The notes beneath the pieces are model-generated. The model saw nothing but the letters and a program-made list of their open reading frames with translations, searched no databases and was not told where the DNA came from. DNA of 64,000 nucleotides from a bacterium (GTDB lineage Bacteria > UBA8248): assembly GCA_965213685.1 (NCBI GenBank), contig CBDBZY010000044.1, positions 172,346-236,345 on the forward strand. The letters run 5' to 3'. Shown here in pieces: positions 1-10,158 of the stretch; the stretch's first letter is position 1; every line of letters starts with the position of its first letter. The position numbers and the translations under genes were made by a program.

Positions 1-394
1 TAGCTGAGAACGAGGACGTTGGAGAAGCTGAGCGTGGTCATTCATGTCTCGCTTGCTCTGGACGCGCGACACGCTGCGGAAGCAAACGCCCACGCGCGCG
101 CGTCGCCGGCTCGCCCAAGTCGCATGAGCACTGGGGTGAAGTATCATCCCGGACGTTCATTATGTCCACGGTTCGGCGGATCCGTCAAGTTGACGGGGAA
201 AGGGCGCTTCTCCCCTCTCTACCTTTTGGGGGACTGGCGAAAACCGGCGCGGAAAGATAAGGTTTGACGGACTTTCGGGCGCTGGGTTTTTTGTGCGCTC
301 GCCCGTCCATGACGTCGTCATGGCGGGGCGATGCGCGTTTCGCCCGTTTGGAAGGCCGGACTCCCCTTTCGTTGGGACGATCATGGGCGCGGAT

Positions 395-1636
395 ATGCCG
401 GACGAGAGAATTTTCCGGAACGCCAGAATCGACGCGGACGGGCCGCTGGTGGATTTGCGCGTCGCGCGGGGGCGATTCTCGAGCATCTCGGCGGGCGTCG
501 GAAACGAGGCCGGCTCCGAGGAAATCGACCTGGCTGGTCGCGTCGTGCTGCCCGCCTTTGTGGAGAGCCACATCCATCTGGACAAGGCGTTTCTGGAGGA
601 GCGCGCGCCCAACCGATCCGGCACGCTGGAGGACGCCATATCCATCACGCTTGCGCTGAAGCGGAGCGTGACGAAACCGGACATGATGGCGCGCGCCGAG
701 CGGGCGCTGCGCATGGCGCTGCGGCATGGCGCCACGTGGTTTCGCGCGCAGGTGGAGGTGGACCCCATCGTGGGGCTCCGGGGGATGGAGGTCGCCCTGG
801 AGCTGAAGGAGAAATACGCGGCCTGTGCAGATTTGCAGCTCGTCGTTTTTCCGCAGGAGGGAATCGAGCGGCAGCCGGGCACGGAGGAGCTGATGCGCGA
901 GGCGATGCGGATGGGGGGAGACCTCCTGGGCGGCATCCCCTATAACGACCTCGACCCCGAGCGGCACCTGGACATCGTCTTCCGCATGGCAGAGGCGTGT
1001 GGCTGCGGCCTGGATTTTCATCTGGATTTCTCGGACAGCCCGGACGATAGAAGAATCGAATCCGTGGCCGCGCGCACCGTGGCAGAGGGCCTGCAGGGCA
1101 GGGTGGCCGTCGGCCACCTCACTTCGCTGGGGAGTATGGAGCGGGACGTCGCCGCGCCGATCATCGAGAAAATTCTCGAGGCGGGCATATCCGTCCTCCC
1201 CTTGCCGGCGACCGACCTGTTCCTGGGCGGCAGGGGGGATGCGCCGCCTCGCTTCCGAGGCCTCGCCCCCGTCAAGTGCCTCCTGGACGCGGGCGTCAAC
1301 GTCGCCATCGCGTCGAACAACATCCGCAACGCCTTTACGCCATCGGGACGGGGAGATTTGCTCGAAATCGGCCTCCTGCTCGCGCACGCCCTCCACATGA
1401 GCGGTGCGTCGGAGAGGGGCGCGATCCCCGATTTGTTCACGACCAACGGCGCGCGTGCGCTGGGCGTGGAGGATGGCTACGGTCTGCGGCCCGGGTGCGC
1501 GGCGGATTTCGTGGTGCTGGATTCCGTGAATTTCGAGGACGTCCTCATCGACCAGCCCGAGAAGCGATTCGTGGTGAAGCGCGGGCGTCCCATCGTGGAG
1601 AACGTCGCGCGGACGACCTGGCGGGAGATGGGCTAG
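395..1636 (+). CDS. Cytosine/creatinine deaminase-like metal-dependent amidohydrolase
   Basis: ESHIHLDK HxH metal motif, LQLVVFPQEG, LDFHLD, VGHLT, G.PADFVVLD C-terminal strand. Start ATG 395 (or 383) preferred over the ORF-track start at 293. Confidence 0.85.
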   Translation: MPDERIFRNARIDADGPLVDLRVARGRFSSISAGVGNEAGSEEIDLAGRVVLPAFVESHIHLDKAFLEERAPNRSGTLEDAISITLALKRSVTKPDMMARAERALRMALRHGATWFRAQVEVDPIVGLRGMEVALELKEKYAACADLQLVVFPQEGIERQPGTEELMREAMRMGGDLLGGIPYNDLDPERHLDIVFRMAEACGCGLDFHLDFSDSPDDRRIESVAARTVAEGLQGRVAVGHLTSLGSMERDVAAPIIEKILEAGISVLPLPATDLFLGGRGDAPPRFRGLAPVKCLLDAGVNVAIASNNIRNAFTPSGRGDLLEIGLLLAHALHMSGASERGAIPDLFTTNGARALGVEDGYGLRPGCAADFVVLDSVNFEDVLIDQPEKRFVVKRGRPIVENVARTTWREMG

Positions 1637-2887
1637 ATGGGCGTCATCGCCGAGGCCAACGCGGAGGCGCTCTCGCGCATCGTCGGCGCGGACCCCGTTC
1701 TGGTGGACGTGCGGCCGGCGGGCGAGGTGATTCGGGGGCTGGGCGAAGGCGTTCTCCTCCATGCCGGCCCGCCGATCGGGTGGGAGCGGATGTGCGGCCC
1801 CCTGCGCGGGGCTGTCGCGGGGGCGCTCGTTCTGGAGGGGTGGGCGGGGGATTTGGCTTCCGCGGAGAAACTTGCCGCATCGGGCGACGTGGCGTTTCAC
1901 CCGAACCATCACTTTGGCGCCGTCGGTCCCATGACGGGGGTCACCACGCGCTCGATGCCGGTCATGATCGTCGAGAACAGGGCGTTCGGCAATCGGGCGT
2001 ATTGCGCCCTGAACGAGGGGTTGGGGAAGGTGATGCGCTTCGGCGGAAACGATGCGGAGGTGCTGGGGCGGCTGCGCTGGCTCGCGGATACCCTGGCCCC
2101 GGCCCTGTCCGCTGCCCTCCGGCGCATGGGAGGCTTGCCGCTCCGGCGCATCATCGCGCGGGGGCTTGCGATGGGAGACGAGATGCACCAGCGCAACGTG
2201 GCCTGCACGAGTCTCCTCGCCCGCGAGGTGGCCCCGGCACTCGCGCGCTCGGTGCAGGAGAGCGGGACGCTGGAGAGGGTGTTGTCCTTCATCGGCGGGA
2301 ACGACCAGTTTTTCCTGAACGTCGCGATGGCCGTCGGAAAGGCGGTGATGGACCCGGTTCGCGGCATCGAGGGGGCGAGCATCGTCACGGCGATGTGCCG
2401 GAACGGAACGGACTTCGGGATTCGGGTGAGCGCAACGGGGGATGCGTGGTTCACCGCGCCCGTCGAGATGCCGGAGGGCTTGTATTTCCCGGGCTTCAGC
2501 GCGAACGACGCGAACCCGGACATGGGCGATTCCACGATCGTCGAGACGATGGGACTCGGAGGGTTCGCCATGGCGGCGGCCCCCGCCGTCGTCGGCTTCG
2601 TGGGGGCGGGGCGCGCGGCGGACGCGCTGCACCACTCGCGCGCCATGTATGAGATCACCCAGGGCGAAAACCCGGAGTGGGCGATTCCGGCGCTCGACTT
2701 TCGGGGAGTCCCCACGGGCGTCGACATCATGAAGGTGGTGCGGCTGGGCGTCACGCCCGTCATCAACACGGGCATCGCCCACCGCGAGCCCGGCGTCGGC
2801 CAGGTGGGCGCGGGCGTGGTTCGGGCGCCGCTCGCCTGCTTCGAGCGGGCACTCGAGGCCTACGGCGCGCGGATGGGCGCCGCCTGA
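1637..2887 (+). CDS. DUF1116 family protein (YlbE/YahG-like)
   Basis: LLHAGPPI, H..AVGPM.G, MGDEMHQRN, MCRNGTDFGIRVS, PDMGDSTI.E..GLG, P.INTGIAH motifs. ATG directly abuts the upstream TAG. Confidence 0.85.
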   Translation: MGVIAEANAEALSRIVGADPVLVDVRPAGEVIRGLGEGVLLHAGPPIGWERMCGPLRGAVAGALVLEGWAGDLASAEKLAASGDVAFHPNHHFGAVGPMTGVTTRSMPVMIVENRAFGNRAYCALNEGLGKVMRFGGNDAEVLGRLRWLADTLAPALSAALRRMGGLPLRRIIARGLAMGDEMHQRNVACTSLLAREVAPALARSVQESGTLERVLSFIGGNDQFFLNVAMAVGKAVMDPVRGIEGASIVTAMCRNGTDFGIRVSATGDAWFTAPVEMPEGLYFPGFSANDANPDMGDSTIVETMGLGGFAMAAAPAVVGFVGAGRAADALHHSRAMYEITQGENPEWAIPALDFRGVPTGVDIMKVVRLGVTPVINTGIAHREPGVGQVGAGVVRAPLACFERALEAYGARMGAA

Positions 2888-2971
2888 GCGATCTTGGTTG
2901 GCGTGGATTGGCGGACTATGCGGGATGGGGTGGGCAGGTGCGAGTTTCTTTGCATCGTGGATTCTCTCGTT

Positions 2972-4408
2972 TTATCCATACAGATATGGAAGTTGCGGGC
3001 GTTTGCCGGACAGCATGTCATCGAGCGTCAGGATTTGTATTCTTGGAAAAGGTTGAATGCCGAATATCTCCGCTTTTCGTATTTTGGGAGAGTAAATCCC
3101 CGATGTGTTGGCGAATTCCATCATAGGCTTCGTTGGTGGTTGTCGCGTGATGAAAACTCCCGCGACCCGCTTCTCATTCAATAATGCTTTCAGTTCTCTG
3201 ACCTGCTTCACGTCGACTTTTCCGCTTTTCACCGACAGGATAGCCTGTTTTCTTTCATTGCCGTCTCCGGTGCGCAGGGGAATGCGCCCGTCAATCCCGC
3301 CATCCGCCCCCAGCACGTTGTTCGGAAGCCCGCCGACAATGGCGACGCAGAACTTCTCAAACTCCTTTCGGGCATAAAACGGAGAGGCCTTGTTCAGCAT
3401 GGTCTCCTCTACAGCCTCTTTTGTTTTCGGAACCCCTCTGATGTCGATTTGATTCCGGATATCAACCCGATTTCGCCGGAATCGTTCTTGAATGGCCCCG
3501 ATGGAGGCGTATGTAATGTCGATACCGATCCATTGCCGCCCCGCGTTCTCCGCCGCCTCAACGGTGGTTCCACATCCGCAGAACGGATCGAGGACGATAT
3601 CGCCAGGATTGGAGGATGCCTTGATGATGCGGTTCAGGAGCGCCAAAGGCTTTTGGGTGGGATAACCTAGCCGTTCTTTGGAGATTGGGGCGAGGATCTT
3701 TTATATCCCATACATCACGCATGGGCGCTCCAGGAGATTCCTTGTTCGTTTGACTTGGTTTCCTCCGGCCAGAGGAAAAGTCCGCGACTTGTTGCTTTGT
3801 CCCCCATGTTTCCTGCGTTGATTTTGCTAGTGGTTCATATAGTTGATTCCAAGTTACGTGATCACTTTTTGTATAGCGTAAAATCACATCGTGCATTCTC
3901 TGAAAATTTTTTTGTTTTGCGGGCCAACGCCGATAGGCCCACACAATCTCGTTCCTGAAATTCTCGCGTCCAAAAATCCCGTCCAGTAGAATTTTGAGAT
4001 AGTGAGAAGCAGTTGGGTCGCAATGGAGATAAAGGCTGCCGGTTGGTTTTAGTATGCGATGCAGTTCGAGGAGCCTCGCCGCCATGTTGACGAGATAGGC
4101 CGACATCTGCACCTTGCCCAGCCCGTCCACGAGCGCGCGCAGGATTTGGCCCGCTTGCCCGCTTGCCCGCTTGCCCGCTTGCCCGCTTGCCGATCAACTT
4201 GCTCTAGCAGTGTATCACAATTCGGGGTCCAGGCCCATGTATCCTCGAACGCCGTTACTTGGCCCAAGTCGTCCTTGTAAATAATGTTGTATGCCCGATT
4301 TGAATTGAAGGGCGGGTCCAGATAAATTAAATCCACCCACTCATCCGCCATGTCTCGTAAAATTGGCAGGTTATCTCCATAATACAGTCGGCGAATGCGT
4401 TGGACCAT
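2972..4408 (-). pseudogene. Beta-class N6/N4 DNA methyltransferase fused to a C-terminal Mrr-like domain, split by two frameshifts
   Basis: Three ORFs join into one gene: LYYGDNL..DLIYLDPPFNS (4408-4049), LKPTGSLYLHCD (4130-3558), and [21 protein letters not shown] then DGGIDG..LSVKSG (to 2972). Shifts lie at the octamer repeat (4149-4188) and near a T4 run (3699-3702). Confidence 0.85.
4149..4191. repeat. Octanucleotide simple sequence repeat (GCCCGCTT)5, CAAGCGGG on the coding strand
   Basis: Five perfect 8-bp units plus GCC, read directly inside the methyltransferase coding region. Confidence 0.95.
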
Positions 4409-4431
4409 TTTTACTATATCCTTTCAGGGCC

Positions 4432-6111
4432 TCAATTCTCCAAGCGCTCATACTCGACGTGGGCGTCGATCAGAAACGGCTTGCCGGAGGCGAGCGCGTC
4501 GCGCACCGCGGCTTTCAGCTCCCCCGGCGTTTTCGCCCGCGCGGCGTCCACGCCCATGGAGTGCGCCATCTGGAGGAAGTCGAGTTCCGGCGCCCGGAAA
4601 TCCATGGCGACGAATTTTCTGTGCTCCTGCGTCTTGCCGTCGAGCCGGAGAATTCTCTCCTTGAGAATCCGGTAGCTTTTGTTGTTGAGAATGACGAACA
4701 GGGCGCCCAAGCCGTATTTCGCGGCGCTCCAGAGCGCCTGCACCGCGTACATGGCGGAGCCGTCTCCTGACAGGCAGACCACGGGCGTCTCCGGCAGCGC
4801 CTTCTTCACCCCCAGGGCGCTGGGAAGGCCCAGGCCGATGCCGCCTCCCTTCATGCCGTAGATGGCGCTCACCTTGCCGGCGATGGCGCGCTTGAGGCCT
4901 CCCCCGTGCCCCATGGTGAGGGATTCGTCCACGAGCGCCGCCCCTTCGGGCAGGGCGTCTCCGAATGCGGCCTGGAAGGTCTCTTTCGTCAAGGCGCCCG
5001 CGTCATCGCCGGCTCGGGGGGCGGCCGCCTCCCGCGCGGCGACGATTTCCCTCTCCAGCCGCGCCCGCCGCTCCTGTGCGCCGCGCCTCCCCGATTCGCC
5101 CTGTTTCTCCTCCACCGCCGCGATGAGCGCCGCGAGCGTGGTCCCGGGGTCTCCCAGCATGGCGACGTCGACGGGGAAGTTTTTGCCGATCTCCCAGGGG
5201 TCGAGGTCCAGGTGAATCGTTCGGGCGCCTCTGGGGGCCAGCGGAATTTCCGGGGGGAAGGAGAAGGTGTAGGTTTCCGTGCCGATGAAGAAGACGACGT
5301 CCGCCTCTTCGAGCTGATCCAGGAGCGGTTCGACCGTGTTGGGGAGTTCTCCCGCATACAGGGGATGGGTGAGGGAGACCGAGAGGGAGTTCGGGCGGTT
5401 GTCCGAAAATGTCTTGGCGCCGATGCGCTCCGCCAGCCGCGCGACTTCGGCCACGGCGCCCGAGCGGGTGACGCGCGAGCCGGTGACGATGTGCGGTTTC
5501 CTGGCGCAGGCGAGCAGGTCCGCCGCGCGCCGGATGGATTCCGCAGGCGCGGGGAAGGCGCTGGAGAGGCGCGTGGGGCGGCCCGTGGGCGCCGGGGCGT
5601 CGGCGAGCATGACGTCGCCGGGCAGCGAGAGGAACACCGGGCCGGTGGGCGGGGAGAGCGCGTACTTGATGGCGCGGCGGACGCTTTGCTCCAGATCCTC
5701 CACCCGCCGCACCTCGTAGGACCACTTGGTGAGGGGCTCCGCCATCCGGGGCAAATCGTCCCAGAGCACGGGTTCGGAGAGTTGTCCGCGCTGCCCCTGG
5801 TTGCCCGCCGTGACGAGGAGGGGGGTGCCGGCGCGCTTGATGTTGTAGAGCATCCCCATGGCGTTGCCGAGGCCCGGCGCGACGTGCAGGTTCACGGCCC
5901 CCACGCCGCCCGTGGCGTAGGCGTAGCCCTCGGCCGCCCCGATGGTGACGGACTCCTGGAGGCAGAGGACGTAGTCGAGTCTGCTCTCGTTCACCAGAGC
6001 GTCCATCAGGGGCAGCTCGGTGGTGCCCGGGTTGCCGAACATGCAGCCGACGCCCTCGTCCACGAGCGTTTCCAGAAACAGGTCCGAGCCGTTGCCGCTG
6101 CCGCTGTTCAT
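4432..6111 (-). CDS. Thiamine diphosphate-dependent enzyme, benzoylformate decarboxylase-like
   Basis: FGNPGTTELP, VNLHVAPGLGNAMG, and the GDGSAMY...LNNKSY ThDP-binding motif. Confidence 0.85.
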   Translation of the reverse strand: MNSGSGNGSDLFLETLVDEGVGCMFGNPGTTELPLMDALVNESRLDYVLCLQESVTIGAAEGYAYATGGVGAVNLHVAPGLGNAMGMLYNIKRAGTPLLVTAGNQGQRGQLSEPVLWDDLPRMAEPLTKWSYEVRRVEDLEQSVRRAIKYALSPPTGPVFLSLPGDVMLADAPAPTGRPTRLSSAFPAPAESIRRAADLLACARKPHIVTGSRVTRSGAVAEVARLAERIGAKTFSDNRPNSLSVSLTHPLYAGELPNTVEPLLDQLEEADVVFFIGTETYTFSFPPEIPLAPRGARTIHLDLDPWEIGKNFPVDVAMLGDPGTTLAALIAAVEEKQGESGRRGAQERRARLEREIVAAREAAAPRAGDDAGALTKETFQAAFGDALPEGAALVDESLTMGHGGGLKRAIAGKVSAIYGMKGGGIGLGLPSALGVKKALPETPVVCLSGDGSAMYAVQALWSAAKYGLGALFVILNNKSYRILKERILRLDGKTQEHRKFVAMDFRAPELDFLQMAHSMGVDAARAKTPGELKAAVRDALASGKPFLIDAHVEYERLEN

Positions 6112-6155
6112 GCGCTCTCCTTCCCGACAAATCTCAAGCCTGGGGGTTCCCAAGC

Positions 6156-7331
6156 CTAGAATATGGATGTTTTTTCATTTTGACTCAAAACGGCGTTGGA
6201 CGCCATTTGCAGGCACTTCTCCGCCCCGGGCGGCATCACCAGCGCGGCGCGCGCGTCGCGGTGGAAGCGCTGCAGCGGCTTGTCGTGGAGCAGGCCAGGG
6301 CCGCCCGCGATTTTGAGGGCCTTCTCCGTCATGGCCGCCGCCGCTTCCGAGGCGGTGTATTTCGCCTCGTTGATGAAGGGGACGGCCGCCTCCGCCCCCT
6401 GGTCCTCCAGTATCCAGGCGGCTTTCTGGATCGTGATGCGCGCGGTTTCGAGGGCGATTTTCATCTCTCCTATCTGGCGCTGTATGGCGGGATAGCGCGC
6501 GATGGGCGCGCCGTCGGGCTGCAGGACGCGCGTCCGCGCGTAGTCCACGACCCAGTCCATCGCGGCGGCGCCCGTGCCCAGATACACCGCGGCGTATCCG
6601 AGGCCGAACCTCGGCACGAAATCGGGCTGCAGGATGTCCTCGCCCCGGCCCACGATGTTGCGCGCCGGAACCCGCACGTCCTCGTACGCCATCGCGTGGC
6701 TGGCCGTGCCGCGCATGGCGAAGGCGTTCCACCGGCTCGGGATGGTGATGCCCTCGAGGTTTTTGTCCACCACCGCCCAGCGCAGGCCGGACTTCAGATC
6801 CTCCGTCCCCTCGAGCAGGCACCAGACGACGTAATGGTCCGCCTCTCCGGCCATGGAGCAGAAATACTTTTGGCCGCGGAGGACGTATGCGTCCGCCTCC
6901 TTGCGGGCGCGCGTGGTGATGGTGCGGTTCCATTGGGGGCTGGAGCTCGCCTCGCCCGCGTGGCTGCCGAATATGGCGCCGCCTTGGGCCGCGCCGGCGA
7001 AGCGCTTTTTTTGCTCTTCATCCGAGAGGGCGAGGAGAAAGTACAGAATCGTGCTGTGCATGTGCAGCGTCATGGCGGTGTTCGCGCACCCCTTGCCCAG
7101 CTCGTGAAACACCATGGCGTAGCAGACGGGGTCGCTCCAGAGCGCCCGCCCGCCGTGGGATTCGGGCAGCGTGAGGCGCGTGAAGCCCTCCCCCGTGAGT
7201 GCGTCGAAACTCTCGCGCGGGAAGCGCTCCTCCCGGTCGTATTGATCCGCGCGCGGTGCCAGCACCTCCCGGGCGAGTTTTCGGGCGCGCGCGATCAGCG
7301 CCTCGTTTTTCGGAGGAATGCGAAGGTCCAT
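6156..7331 (-). CDS. Acyl-CoA dehydrogenase-superfamily flavoprotein (YdbM/DszC-like)
   Basis: G.K.FCS, WNAFAMRGTASH, LQRFHRDARA motifs. Paralog of 8950-10125. Confidence 0.8.
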   Translation of the reverse strand: MDLRIPPKNEALIARARKLAREVLAPRADQYDREERFPRESFDALTGEGFTRLTLPESHGGRALWSDPVCYAMVFHELGKGCANTAMTLHMHSTILYFLLALSDEEQKKRFAGAAQGGAIFGSHAGEASSSPQWNRTITTRARKEADAYVLRGQKYFCSMAGEADHYVVWCLLEGTEDLKSGLRWAVVDKNLEGITIPSRWNAFAMRGTASHAMAYEDVRVPARNIVGRGEDILQPDFVPRFGLGYAAVYLGTGAAAMDWVVDYARTRVLQPDGAPIARYPAIQRQIGEMKIALETARITIQKAAWILEDQGAEAAVPFINEAKYTASEAAAAMTEKALKIAGGPGLLHDKPLQRFHRDARAALVMPPGAEKCLQMASNAVLSQNEKTSIF

Positions 7332-7371
7332 GAATTCCCGTTCAGGCTCCTGAAACCGGAGGGACGCCGCC

Positions 7372-8946
7372 CTACGCTTTTTCGCTCAGCAGGCGGCGCA
7401 GGATTTTTCCGCTGCCTGATTTTGGAATGGAGTCGATGAGAGCCACCGCGCGGATATGCTTGTAGCCCGCGACCTTGTCGTTCACGAAACCCATCAGCGC
7501 CCTCTCGTCAATCCGGGCGCCCTCTCTGGGAACCACGAAGGCCAGGGGTATCTCGCCGGCCTCGGCGTCCGCCCGGGGGACGACGGCGGCGTCGGCGACG
7601 TCCGGGTGCTGGTGCAGGTGCGCCTCCAGCTCGGCGGGCGCCACGGCGAAACCCTTGTATTTGATCATCTCCTTTTTCCTGTCCATCAGATAGAGGTAGC
7701 CCTGCTCGTCCACCCGCCCGATGTCGCCCGTATGGAGCCAGCCGTCGCGGAGGGCCTCCGCCGTGGCCTCGGGCGCGTTCCAGTAGCCTTTCATGATGTG
7801 GGGGCCTCTCAGGATGAGCTCGCCCGCCTCGCCCACGGGCATCTCCCTCTCCCCCGTTTCCACGTCGACGATCCGTTGCGCCTCATCGGAGACGGGAGGG
7901 CCCACGGATTCCTCCCGGATGAGCGCCTCGGCGGGGGGATTCATGTGCGTGAGCGGCGAGGCCTCGGTGAGGCCGTAGCCCATGAAGGTGAGCACGCCCG
8001 TTCTCTGCTGAACGACGCGCCGCACCTCGGACGGAAGGGGCGCCGCCCCGCTCATGATGTATCGCAGGGAGGATAGGTCGTATGCGCTGGCGCTCTCATG
8101 GTGCGCGATGGCGAGAAGCGCGGGCGGCACGGCATAGAACAGGGTGAGCCTGTGCTCCTGCACGAGGCGCAAGGCGTCATCCACCGCGAATCGCCTCATC
8201 AGCACCTGGGTCGCGCCGGCCAGAACCAGCCCCCCCATGATCATGGTCCCGTAGATGTGATACAGCGGCAGAAACAGGAGGCCCGAATCCCTGTCCGTGA
8301 TGTGATGATTCGCCACGAACTGGTGGTAGTTCGCCACCAGGTTTCTGTGGGTGAGCATCACGCCCTTGGGCATGCCCGTGGTGCCGCTGGAATAGGGCAG
8401 GGCGATGACCTCGCGGGCGAAGTCCATTTGCGGCTCCGGGACGCCCTCCGGCGGATGCGCGCCGAGCCACCTCGGGAAATATGGGTGCTCTCCCGCCCCG
8501 TCATCGGTCACGACGATGGTCTGGAGTGCGGGGAGGTCCCCCCGCACCCTCTCCGCGAGGGCGGCGCCCTCCGCCGTGGTTATCAGCATCCGCGCGCCGG
8601 AGTCGCCGAGCTGGTGGCGGACCTCGGCTTCCTTGTGCGAGGGGTTCATCGGCGTGAAGACGACGCCCGCCTTCGATGCGCCAAAGGCTGCGATTTCGAA
8701 TGCGGCCGAGTTGGGGAGGTACATGCCGACCCGATCCCCCCTCCGCAGCCCCTCCGCCAGGATGGCGCGGGCGCAGGCGTTCGAGAGCGCGTCGAGTTCC
8801 CGGAAACTCATGCGGACGTCGCCGTCCACCAGGGCGATGGCGTCCGGGCGGCGCGCGCACGCGATTTTCAGCAGCCCGTGAAACGCGCAGTCGGGATACT
8901 CCAGCGGGGGCCGAAAATAAGGGGGGAGATGGACGCTTTGGCGCAT
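7372..8946 (-). CDS. AMP-binding acyl-CoA ligase (4-coumarate/long-chain fatty acid CoA ligase-like)
   Basis: YSSGTTGMPKG, GYGLTE, WLHTGDIG, DRKKEMIKYKG, PKSGSGKILR. Confidence 0.9.
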   Translation of the reverse strand: MRQSVHLPPYFRPPLEYPDCAFHGLLKIACARRPDAIALVDGDVRMSFRELDALSNACARAILAEGLRRGDRVGMYLPNSAAFEIAAFGASKAGVVFTPMNPSHKEAEVRHQLGDSGARMLITTAEGAALAERVRGDLPALQTIVVTDDGAGEHPYFPRWLGAHPPEGVPEPQMDFAREVIALPYSSGTTGMPKGVMLTHRNLVANYHQFVANHHITDRDSGLLFLPLYHIYGTMIMGGLVLAGATQVLMRRFAVDDALRLVQEHRLTLFYAVPPALLAIAHHESASAYDLSSLRYIMSGAAPLPSEVRRVVQQRTGVLTFMGYGLTEASPLTHMNPPAEALIREESVGPPVSDEAQRIVDVETGEREMPVGEAGELILRGPHIMKGYWNAPEATAEALRDGWLHTGDIGRVDEQGYLYLMDRKKEMIKYKGFAVAPAELEAHLHQHPDVADAAVVPRADAEAGEIPLAFVVPREGARIDERALMGFVNDKVAGYKHIRAVALIDSIPKSGSGKILRRLLSEKA

Positions 8947-8949
8947 CGG

Positions 8950-10125
8950 CTATGACCCCAGGACGTTGGCGCTGCCCTCCAGAACCGCCTTGGCGGTGAG
9001 CTCCAGGCATTTTTCCGTGTTGGGCGGCATGACGAGGCCCGCTCTCGCCTCGCGGTGGAAGCGCTGGAGGGGATTGTGCCGGAACAGCCCCGGTCCGCCG
9101 GCCACCTTGAGGGCCTTCTCCGTGATGAAGGCGGAGGCTTCCGCGCAAACGTATTTCGCCTCGTTGATGGCGCCGTAGGCCTTCTCCGCGCCGTGGGCGT
9201 TGATCATCCAGCCCGCCCTCTGGAGCATGAGGAGCGCCCCTTCGAGCGCGATTTTCATCTCCCCTATCTGGCGCTGTATGGCGGGGTAGGAGGCGATGGG
9301 CACGTTGTCGGGCATGAGCTTTCTGGTCTGCGCGTAGCGCACCGCCCAGTCGAAGGCGCCGCCGCCCGCGCCCAGGTAGACGGCGGAGTAGCCATAGCCG
9401 AATTTGGGCAGCACGTCCGGGCGTATCGGGTCTCCGCCCTGGCCCACCAAATCCCGCGCCGGTATTTTCACGTCCTCGTATATCATGGAGTGGCTCATCG
9501 TTCCGCGCATGGCGAAGGCGTTCCACTCCTGATCGATCCGGAAGCCGGGCGCGCTCGAGGGCGCGATGAGCAGGCCCAGGCTTTTCGTCAGGTCCTCCTC
9601 CTCCTCCAGCTGCACCCAAAGCACGTAATAGTCCGCCTCGCCGGCCATGGAGCAAAAGTATTTCCTGCCGTTGACCCTGTAGACGTCGCCCTCGCGCCGG
9701 GCCTTCGTCTCCATGCGCCATACCCCGTGAAGGCTCGAGGTGTTCTCGCTCGCGTAGCTGGCGATGATTTTCCCGCTGCGGATGATTTCGGCGTACCTGC
9801 GCGTCTGCTCGTCCGTCCCCAGATAGGTGATGACGTGCGCGATGGAGCTGTGCATGTGAAAGAGCATGGCCGTGTTCGTGCAGCCCTTCGAGAGTTCGTA
9901 GAGCACCATCGAATAGGTGGCGGCGTCCTCATACAGGGAGCGGCCGCCCAGCTCCCTGGGGAGCGTCAGGGAGGTGAAGCCCTCCCGGGCGAGGTCGTTG
10001 AAATTTTCGCGGGGAAAGATTCCCTCCTGGTCGATTTTCTCGGCTCTCGGGGCCAGGATTTCCCTTGCGTAGGTTTTCGCGCGTTCGAGCAAATCCTCGT
10101 TTTCAGGGTTGATCCGAAAATCCAC
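8950..10125 (-). CDS. Acyl-CoA dehydrogenase-superfamily flavoprotein (YdbM/DszC-like)
   Basis: NGRKYFCSMAGEAD, WNAFAMRGTMSH, LQRFHREARAGLVMPP. GTG start. Confidence 0.8.
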   Translation of the reverse strand: MDFRINPENEDLLERAKTYAREILAPRAEKIDQEGIFPRENFNDLAREGFTSLTLPRELGGRSLYEDAATYSMVLYELSKGCTNTAMLFHMHSSIAHVITYLGTDEQTRRYAEIIRSGKIIASYASENTSSLHGVWRMETKARREGDVYRVNGRKYFCSMAGEADYYVLWVQLEEEEDLTKSLGLLIAPSSAPGFRIDQEWNAFAMRGTMSHSMIYEDVKIPARDLVGQGGDPIRPDVLPKFGYGYSAVYLGAGGGAFDWAVRYAQTRKLMPDNVPIASYPAIQRQIGEMKIALEGALLMLQRAGWMINAHGAEKAYGAINEAKYVCAEASAFITEKALKVAGGPGLFRHNPLQRFHREARAGLVMPPNTEKCLELTAKAVLEGSANVLGS

Positions 10126-10158
10126 CAGCCAGTTCCCTCATGTTCATCCAGCGGAAAT

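Noticed and set aside
1-160. Possible start of a minus-strand gene running off the left edge
   Set aside because: Only about 14 codons are visible, too short to support a call.
185-2782. Very long antisense and alternate-frame ORFs (e.g. 185-2782, 21786-24485, 53472-55754, 59672-61933)
   Set aside because: They mirror well-supported genes on the other strand, have no recognisable motifs, and are expected in high-GC DNA.
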